NCBI GenBank assembly: GCA_051362555.1
Contig: CM120646.1
Coordinates: forward strand, 6,076,001 to 6,140,000
DNA: 64,000 bases
Origin: Lingula anatina
Lineage: Eukaryota > Animalia > Brachiopoda
Direction: 5' to 3'
Shown here: in pieces, positions 56,169 to 64,000 of the stretch
Layout: each line of letters begins with the position of its first letter
Numbering within the stretch: the first letter of the stretch is position 1
The notes under the pieces: generated by a model
Databases searched by the model: none
The model's input: the letters and a program-made list of their open reading frames with translations, nothing else
Told to the model about the DNA's origin: nothing
Translations under genes and position numbers: made by a program

Positions 56169-59100
56169 CTACACTCTGTCATAAGTGACAAGGAATTCTG
56201 GGTAGCACTGGCCCCTGTCATAGACCACAAATTCACGAAAAAGTTTCTGAGCATCTCCAATTACGGAGTCGTGGAAATTTTCGTGTGTCCTGCACTTGGG
56301 GTCATTGCAGCCTGTTCCTGTGCAGGGTGGTCGCTGGAATTTCTTGATTTCTCTGCAGTAAAACACATCCCCCAATAGAACACGGCAAACAAACATCTTC
56401 AGACCAGTGGTTTGTCTATCACCTGTTGCATCTACAAAAATAAATAAACAAATAAATAAATAAATAAATATTAAATAAAACATAAGTAAATGAATAATTA
56501 AAAAAATGAAAAAAAAAAAACAAAACTAGAGGATCAGAGAGGCGATACCGCCTCCGGGTATTGTACCACCAGCTGGAGTAAGCACATTCATATGGAACTC
56601 CCCCAAAAAAAGGGACACCACCACCAGTCTTGTGCTTGACAAGCTCTATAAAATGCAATCAACAAGTTCTCAAAATATGCAAAAAAATATAACTAAAAAT
56701 GGTACAATCAAGCTGATTTTCTAATTTAACCTGCATTTTCCTAACATTGATCACTCCTGTGATTGTCTAGACAATAGGCCTATTGGTTTTCCTTGAAATG
56801 TGTTGTCAGTGTTGCATATATGCTGACAAGAGAGCACATATCTGCTAGTTTTGAAGATATGAGGGGCAAGAAAATATGCAAAGCTCAGTTCATGGTGAAA
56901 AAATAAGGGCAAAGGTCAATTTCAATATCACAGTATATGAATAATTTCTATTCAAGTTCAATAGTAACCATGGGCATTTCTTTTCCAATTTTGGAGATTT
57001 AAAGACCAGAAAACATGCAAAAAGCAGTTCATCATAAAAAGTAGGTCAAAGGGCAATTTCAAGGTCACAGTTAGATTGCCAGTGTATGACTTCCTATTCA
57101 AGTTAAACAGCAACTTTGGGTGTATCTCTACTGGTTTTTGAGATATAAGGAAGGAAAATTTGCAAAGATCAGTTCATGCTGAAAATGAAGACAAAGGTCA
57201 ATTTGAGGGTCACAGTTAGATTGCCAGTTTATGACTTCCTATTCATGTTCAATACTAACTATGGGCGTATCTTCGCCAGTTTTTGAGATATAAAGATCAG
57301 AAAATTTGCAAAGTGCAGTTTATCATGAAAAAAGGTCAAAAGTCAATTTCAAGGTCACAGTAAGACCGCATTCACAACGATTTGAGCCAGGCTTTAAAAA
57401 TCCTGGGACTAAATATGGCGGACGTACATGAAAGGAAAACCGCCTAATCTTTTAGTAGTCTCTCCGCCTCTCACACGCCTCCCCACACGTCGTCCCTGCG
57501 GGGTAAAGTCATTAAATCTCAGCTCCGTTCGCCATGCCGAAGCTACCTGAGAAATATTAAGTGCGCATGCTCATCAATTAAACTCGAGGTGAAGAAAGCA
57601 TGGTGGATGGAGGCGATCGAAGGAAAAAAGCTCTTCTGTTCTATTATCTTTCAAAATTGAGACGAAAAAGAAATGAATTGGCTATCTACGGAGATAAAGT
57701 CACCAGAGATATTCACGGAGATATTCAGGGAGATACCCAGCCCCAGTAGACGGAGGAGGAGGAGGAGGAGGAGGGCAGATTTTTTGCGTATGCAGTCTCG
57801 TCAGAGGGCGCAGTTCGTCCTAATGCTGATATTTGCCTTGTTCTCTACGCCTGATCGAACTGGAAGGGGGGAGGGTGTTTTCACGATTTTGATCCCGCTT
57901 CATAGCTGCTCTACGGGCCAATTCATTTCTTTTTCTCAGGTAGCTACCACATGGCGAACGGAGCCGAGATTTAATGACTGTACCCCGCAGGGACGACATG
58001 TGGGGAGGCGTGTGAGAGGCGGAGAGACTATTAGGAGATTAGGCGGTTTCCTTTCATGTACGTCCGCCATATTTAGTCCCAGGATTTGTAAAGCCTGGCT
58101 CAAATCGTTGTGAATGCGGTCTAAGATTACCAGCATATGACTTCCATTCAACTTCAATAGTAACTATGGACCTATCTCTGCCAGTTTTGGAGATAAAAGG
58201 GACAAAATAGTACGTACAATTTCAGAGTTACAATAATGTGCCATAAATTTCCTACAAAAGAAATTAATTGAAATAAAGAAAAGGTCATTTTGGTTGAAAT
58301 TCTTGAAATGGGAGGTGCTCAGATGTTCCAGATGTTCAAATTTCATGAAAATAATGTCATTTTTGACCAGAAGTTGTCTGCCTCGCCAAGCCTTATGTTT
58401 TATCTTCCAGAGGTTCAAAATTTATTACACATTACCTTATTTCACAATTTGCTTTCACCACCACAATGTGCTTTTTGATACAACATACATGTAACTCGTA
58501 AACCGTATGGAAATAAAAAAAAATGGAGACCACCTACAGTGTTGGGCTTGCTATGCTCTACAAAATGCAAAAAAGAACAGGTCTCTAGCACCAACATTTC
58601 CCGAATTAGAGACAGTTTTCAGTTTCGGTCACTTATGGCCGCTACTCCCGTGAAAATGCACCAATTGACCCCTAACTCATGGCGATGAAAGATGACCTGA
58701 AGGGTAACACCTGCCAATAATATTATGGGTTAGGTCTGAGTAGTTTCTGAATAAAGCGCAAATAAATTTTTTTTCGTAATTAAAAATTCATTTTTTTGAA
58801 AATTTTGGCCCGTTTGAATAAAGGTCAAAGGTCAAATCCAAGGGCATATTTGAAATCTCCACATATGACTTTCAGTCAGCCGTCTATAGAAATTTTTCCC
58901 ATAATTCCTTCGGTACAGTAGATAATTAGCATTTAATTTTGCCAATTTTGGACAAGGGTGCATTGCAATGAGCGCCACACCTAGACCCCTAAACCGATCA
59001 AGCCCAAATTTTACGTGGAGCGAGTTGAGATTATAGGTGACCTAAATCCAAGAGATGGGTACAGAGGCCCTTGTAGTCTAGGAGGAGAAGCGGTAACAGT

Positions 59101-61847
59101 AACATGGCAGCGGAGCCGGCGGAACGGACCGGACAAGACTAAAACCATGTGTACCGCCAGTGCCAACGTTGGTGGTACAATAATCATCCTTTTTAACAGT
59201 GCTGAATTCTCTCCTACAATTCACTGTTATACTAGTACATGCACCACAGACATGCATGCTCACTATATCTTTTGTTATATGCATTAATCCTCTTACCTGC
59301 ATACTGGTCAGCTTTTGATGAGCTCTCAGCAGTATAAATCCCCTGTCCAAACATCCCACCCTCATTGGCAATTCTGAAGTCAACACCTGTGCTGCAAATG
59401 CTTCTGATGTTCTCCTTTTTGGTACCATGAAAGAGATAGTGCTCATTGATCTCCTCCAAGCGGTGCCGGTCAAGATGACCAATGCCCAGTGTGCTGGTCA
59501 ATACCTGTATAATGAAGAGCAGCAAAAAAAAAAAAAAAAAAAAAATGAGAAATAAATTTATGTTCCTTAATTGCACCCAGGAGATTCAGGCCCATAGCCA
59601 AATTTTTTTTAAAGGGGAGTCATTTTTCTGAAAACCATGAAATCTCCATGAACCTACTAGTAGACCAAATTTTACTCAGAGCTGACCTTTTACTGGCAAA
59701 AGGGGCAGCTTGTTAGCTGTTCCCCCTTCTGGCTACAGGTCTGCGATTGTTATATCTGTCATGTAAACTTACATATACATACATCATACATACATACATA
59801 CAAACATGTGTATGCTTGCTATTCATCAATTAAATTGCTACACCTTTACTCTCATACACCAGGAATTAACCTATTCAACTTAAATTTTAAATACTTACGT
59901 AAAGAATGTCAAACAGACAAAAATTAAGCAACATATGCTGCTGATTTTTCAGTGGGATATGAAAAGATGACAGGTTAGCCTTGTTTTTTAAAATTAACAT
60001 CTTATGCTTGCAAAATGTTTTTTTATATAAATATATATGCACAATCATCTTCAAACCATATACATACCTTTGCAAGGTTAGAATCAACAGTGTAGAATGG
60101 TCTTAAAGTCCCATCCTGGTACTTCTGACAATGCTCCTTTTTAATGAAACCATACTTTAAATATTGTTGTGGATTCTCCACTCTTTCAACTTTCGTAACT
60201 TTGATGTTTTGATAGCCTGCCAGTCCCTTGGCATCTCGTCCATGCCCAACTAAATGTGCCTGCCATGTCTTTTGAAGCATCTCAGTAATTGCCTGACACA
60301 TTTTGTCATCCACTGGGAGTAGTTGGTAATTTTCTGGACCTTTTTTTGGACTGATGACACTGCCCTTTCCCTTGTATTTCTTGGACCAATATTGTGGTGC
60401 ACATATTGTGGTACTTTCTGCCAATGCGGCAATATGATCAGCCCGGCTGCCATGTTGTAGGGCTTGTTGTAGTTTCCAGGACTCAGAACTGCATTCTTTT
60501 ATTTTACTGGAAAAGAAGCTCATGGCATCTGCCCTGAAGCTGTAAACTTTTGATGCCTCACCCTTGATAAGGACAACTGTGGTTTTCTGGTCTGAAATAG
60601 AGGAAATTGATCTTGATACACTGAATTTTTTTGGCTTAGAGATAAATCTTCAGTGTTCAGGGACCAAATATTTACACACTTCATCTTATGGGTGATGTCA
60701 TAATTGTGATTTTGAGGTAAAAATGCAAAAACTAGTTTCTCAAAAATTTCCTTTATGTATAGGCATCCATGAACACAATTTAATGCCATTTAGTGCTATA
60801 AAACCCTGCCAGAGATTTTTCATAAAGGCCCTAGTTCAGATCTAATCATTAATAAAGCAAACTAATGCATTTTAAAAAACAAAAATCTGTAATTAGGGGC
60901 TCATAACTCCATAACAAAAACATTTGAGCCAAAATGACTGTAAGGGTTTGCAGCCCACACACTTGTGGTCGACTATGCCAATTTTTGTGATAAAATCTTG
61001 TTCAGGGATGAATTTACACCCCACACCGACTGCTTTCACACCTCAAAAAAGAAAGATGTTAAATTGACAATTAAAGCTTTGAATTGCCTATGCAAATAAC
61101 AGCAACCCGAAATATGAATGCCAATACTTTTATATTTTCAAGGGGATTTTTATTGTTTTAAATCAGCACAAAAATAGATGCATTATAGAATAATTTGATG
61201 CAGGAAAAGCTTCACTTTCAGTATCTGGTTGATAATTCACCCTTGCAGTACCCTTAACAGCTTAAAAGGGCTGCCAAACCTTAGGTGGTCAGGTTCATAT
61301 GGACAATATATACCTGTATGCATGGTCTGTGTGGCTACTTAAAAAAAACTTTTTCTTATTCCCAATTCTATTTGATTTCAATACATGTATAAAACTGAAC
61401 AGTGTATAGAGGCCTCATCTGCCAGTTAGTATGGACTGCATATACTGGATTATATTAGTAATTGTATTTGGGTATATGTATGTATTCACTTATCAATGAT
61501 AGCTAGGTCACATAAAATCACAACAACGATAATTTCAGACAGGCAGGAATTAACACAGGAATGTGATGCCCAGAACAGACCTATACTTATTCCTACACCC
61601 AGTGCCTTAGCCTTGTCTTGCAGTGGTGCTAGGTCTTTCTTTGGCAAACTTCTTATCACATCTTCTATAATCCGCTCCTCTTTGTAGTGTTTTTTCAACA
61701 GGTCTTGAATGCAGCGGGTGACAATAGCAACACCCTTCTTGGTACCATATATAAAGATGGTGCTCGTGACTGGTGAACCACGGATCCCTGAGGATGCAGC
61801 CAAAGCAGTGGCTTGAGGTGGGGGTCCAGCATCATCACTACCAGAAT
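56169..61847 (-). CDS. PARP-family ADP-ribosyltransferase, last four exons (5' part not identified, probably beyond the window)
   Basis: Exons 61847-61581, 60591-60068, 59504-59297, 56431-56169 splice in frame. PARP catalytic motifs KVERVEN, NEHYLFHGT, GGMFGQGIYTAESSSKADQY, MFVCRVLLG, FREFVVYDRGQCYPEFLVTY. The upstream segment resembles the KH-like linker of macro-PARPs (inference). Confidence 0.88.
56800..58210. repeat. ~145-bp tandem repeat array (~5 units), interrupted by a MITE
   Basis: 'ggtcacag' at ~57063, ~57208, ~57353; recurring 'tatgacttcc.attca' and 'tttggagat/tttgagat'. Confidence 0.8.
57364..58121. mobile_element. PIF/Harbinger-type element with ~185-bp TIRs (758 bp)
   Basis: gaccgcattcacaacgatttgagccaggcttt... 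/ ...aaagcctggctcaaatcgttgtgaatgcggtc; TAA duplication (57361-57363, 58122-58124); splits a tandem-repeat unit. Confidence 0.9.
59587..59743. mobile_element. Short TIR element remnant
   Basis: caggcccatagcca / tggctacaggtctg imperfect inverted termini. Confidence 0.5.
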
Positions 61848-62494
61848 CTATGATAAAAGAACATTAAATGAATTACATTAAAAACTTGAAAATTTAGTCA
61901 GTTTTGAAAGTTTGTCAGAGGACGATTCTCTGCTGACATAAATTTTTACACTTAAAAAATTTTGTCAAACTTGAAAATGGCCCTCTGGATAATTTTGAAA
62001 AGTTCTTCACCTAAGATGGCCATGTCAGATTCAGGCATTTTCAAATATTGATTAATTTTTTAGTGACAGAATTTTCAAGTCTTTACCATAAATGTACATG
62101 TATCTTGCACACATAAGGCATTTACTTTATCAGACAACTTTTGCATCTGGTCCCAGCCCCTTCAAAGATTGTGATGCACCACTTTCACTTTCAAACTTCA
62201 CTTCAACTACTGACACACTGTGATCTAAAAATATTTTACAATTTCCAACTCCACCACCAATCAACCGATGCACCACTTTCACTTTACAACTATTGTTCCT
62301 CATCTATTGCACAGTGTATACAGTCGATCACTTTCACTTTATGACTGTCCTTCCTCATCTGTTACCCATGGTAGTGCTAGAAATCACTTTCAGATTAAAA
62401 ACTCTTCTTCATCACATGATTTGCTTTGCTATACACCATTTTTACTTTAAAATTCTTCTTCCTCCTCTGTAACACAGCAATACCCAAACAAAAA

Positions 62495-62910
62495 TGGCAA
62501 GCTTGCAATTCATTGCTATTGCAAGCTTGCGGCAAGCTTGATTCGCAAGCTCGGAATTGGAACCTCGCGACGAGCTAGTAATTGAAACCTCGCGGCAAGC
62601 TAAAATCGCAAGCTTGCAGCAGGCCAAACTGCAAGCTTGCGACAGGCCAAACCGCAAGCTTGCAGCAAGCCAAACTGCAAGCTTGCGGCAAGCTTAATTT
62701 GCAAGCTCGAAATTGGAACCTCGCGACGAGCTAGTAATTGAAACCTCGCGGCAAGCTAAAACCACAAGCTTGCAGCAGACCAAACTGCAAGCTTGCGACA
62801 GGTCAAACCGCAAGCTTGCAGCAAGCCAAACTGCAAGCTTGTGGCAAACTAAACTGCAAGCTTGCAGAAAGCAAAACTGCAAGCTTGCACAAAGCTTAAC
62901 TGCAAGCACA
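62495..62910. repeat. ~156-bp tandem duplication built from GCAAGCTTGC palindromes
   Basis: gcaagctcg..ttggaacctcgcgacgagctagtaattgaaacctcgcggcaagctaaa at 62545 and 62701; many gcaagc(ttgc) motifs. Confidence 0.85.
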
Positions 62911-63064
62911 CTGAAACTATTTTCTAAAGGTTAACTGCATACAAAATTGACACAAATAACTACTGAGTAGGAGGTTTCACTCATCTATTATCTAGATTAT
63001 TGTACAGAAAATGAATAGTAATTTGAATTACTAACAACAAGGAAAATTGAAAAAAAAAAAAGTT

Positions 63065-63440
63065 GATATATACAAGCATACAAATCTATTAAGTAGTGTA
63101 ATGATTAATTTCTGGAAAATATTACAAGCAAGTGTTCCTTTTATTAACCATCAATGACAAAAATTTTTAAAAAATGTAATATATATACAAGCATCTAATA
63201 AGTAGTGTAATAATTAATTTCTGGATAACATAACAAGCAAGTGTCCCTTTATCTACCAACAATGAGGAAAATTTTTAAAAAATGTAATATATATACAAGC
63301 ATATAAATCTATTAAGTAGTGTAATGATTAATTTCTGGATAACATTACAAGCAAGTGTCCCTTTATCTACCAACAATGAGGAAAATTTTAAAAAAATGTA
63401 ATATATATATACAAGCATGTAAATCTATTAAGTAGTGTTA
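63065..63440. repeat. ~110-117-bp AT-rich tandem repeat, ~3.3 copies
   Basis: tatatacaagcat...aagtagtgt recurring at ~63068, ~63182, ~63290, ~63406. Confidence 0.85.
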
Positions 63441-63585
63441 TGTACAGAAAAGCAAAAAATAACAATGCACAAAATAGGCTTCAGTAACTGTAAATTCTGA
63501 TGCAAAAGTACATATGCTTCACTGCAAATTCAACATCAAATTCTAATTATGCTCAGCAGGTAATACCGATGTAAGTAAAATATGT

Positions 63586-63887
63586 AACAAGCAGAAGGCT
63601 TCAGGGCCAACGAGAGTTCTCGTTCACACTTTGAAAATGCCAGAATGAGGAAAATGAAAATTTCACACAATATTGAGAATGGTCTTTGATACTTCGTGGA
63701 TGGCGCTTGATAAAATATGGTGGTCTAATACATTTTATGAATATTCATCAGTTCTGTAAGTATAAAGCCAAAAAGTAAATTTTTTTTCCACTTATCGTGT
63801 TTACGATGAAAGTGCACGGCAAAGACGACGACAACAGACGCAGGTGACGGCTATATGTACAGACACATCTGTGACTGTACATAAAAA
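63586..63887 (+). mobile_element. Short Helentron-type (HINE-like) element
   Basis: Starts aacaagcag; gacgacgacaacagacg micro-repeat followed by terminal hairpin tatgtacag..ctgtacata and an A-run. Confidence 0.45.
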
Positions 63888-64000
63888 CAAAATGTTCAAG
63901 GGCTATTAAACGTTGCTATTGTGTAAAGCTCTGCGTGCAGTTGCACACTTGGAGTTGATGACATTGTTCATAACAGCATCTGTTAAACTAAATTGCCCAG

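Larger units (their letters stand above)
56523..59184 (+). mobile_element. Helentron-type non-autonomous element (HINE/DINE-1-like) in the last PARP intron
   Basis: Starts aaactagagg in an A-run with hairpin gaggcgataccgcctc; internal ~145-bp tandem array; short cgga-type repeats, then terminal hairpin gtaccgcca..tggtggtac before aataat. Confidence 0.55.

Noticed and set aside
57673-58157. 146-aa ORF with poly-Arg and the opposing 73-aa ORF
   Set aside because: Both lie within a MITE; the poly-Arg comes from a (GGA)n microsatellite.
62495-62910. CRISPR-like palindromic repeats
   Set aside because: Eukaryotic context, short repeated spacers, no cas genes.

Overview
AT-rich, intron-containing eukaryotic DNA from an invertebrate animal (gene and repeat content would fit a lophotrochozoan or non-vertebrate deuterostome; this is inference). 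Left to right: (1) a tandem array of three intronless arylamine N-acetyltransferase (NAT) ORFs on the minus strand, with a fourth unit apparently running off the left edge; two copies have Glu in place of the canonical catalytic Asp; (2) a 10-exon RNF113/Cwc24 splicing-factor gene (+); (3) an 8-exon KANSL1/NSL1 gene (-), tail-to-tail with RNF113; (4) the last four exons of a PARP-family ADP-ribosyltransferase (-) with an H-Y-E triad. Non-coding DNA holds many PIF/Harbinger-type MITEs (TAA/TTA target duplications, several confirmed by empty sites in NAT paralogs), a decayed Sola2-like transposon, Helentron-type non-autonomous elements with internal tandem repeats, and two Penelope-type minimal hammerhead ribozyme motifs, one structurally intact. 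Most short ORFs in the supplied track are spurious. All family assignments come from motif recognition by eye, not database searches.
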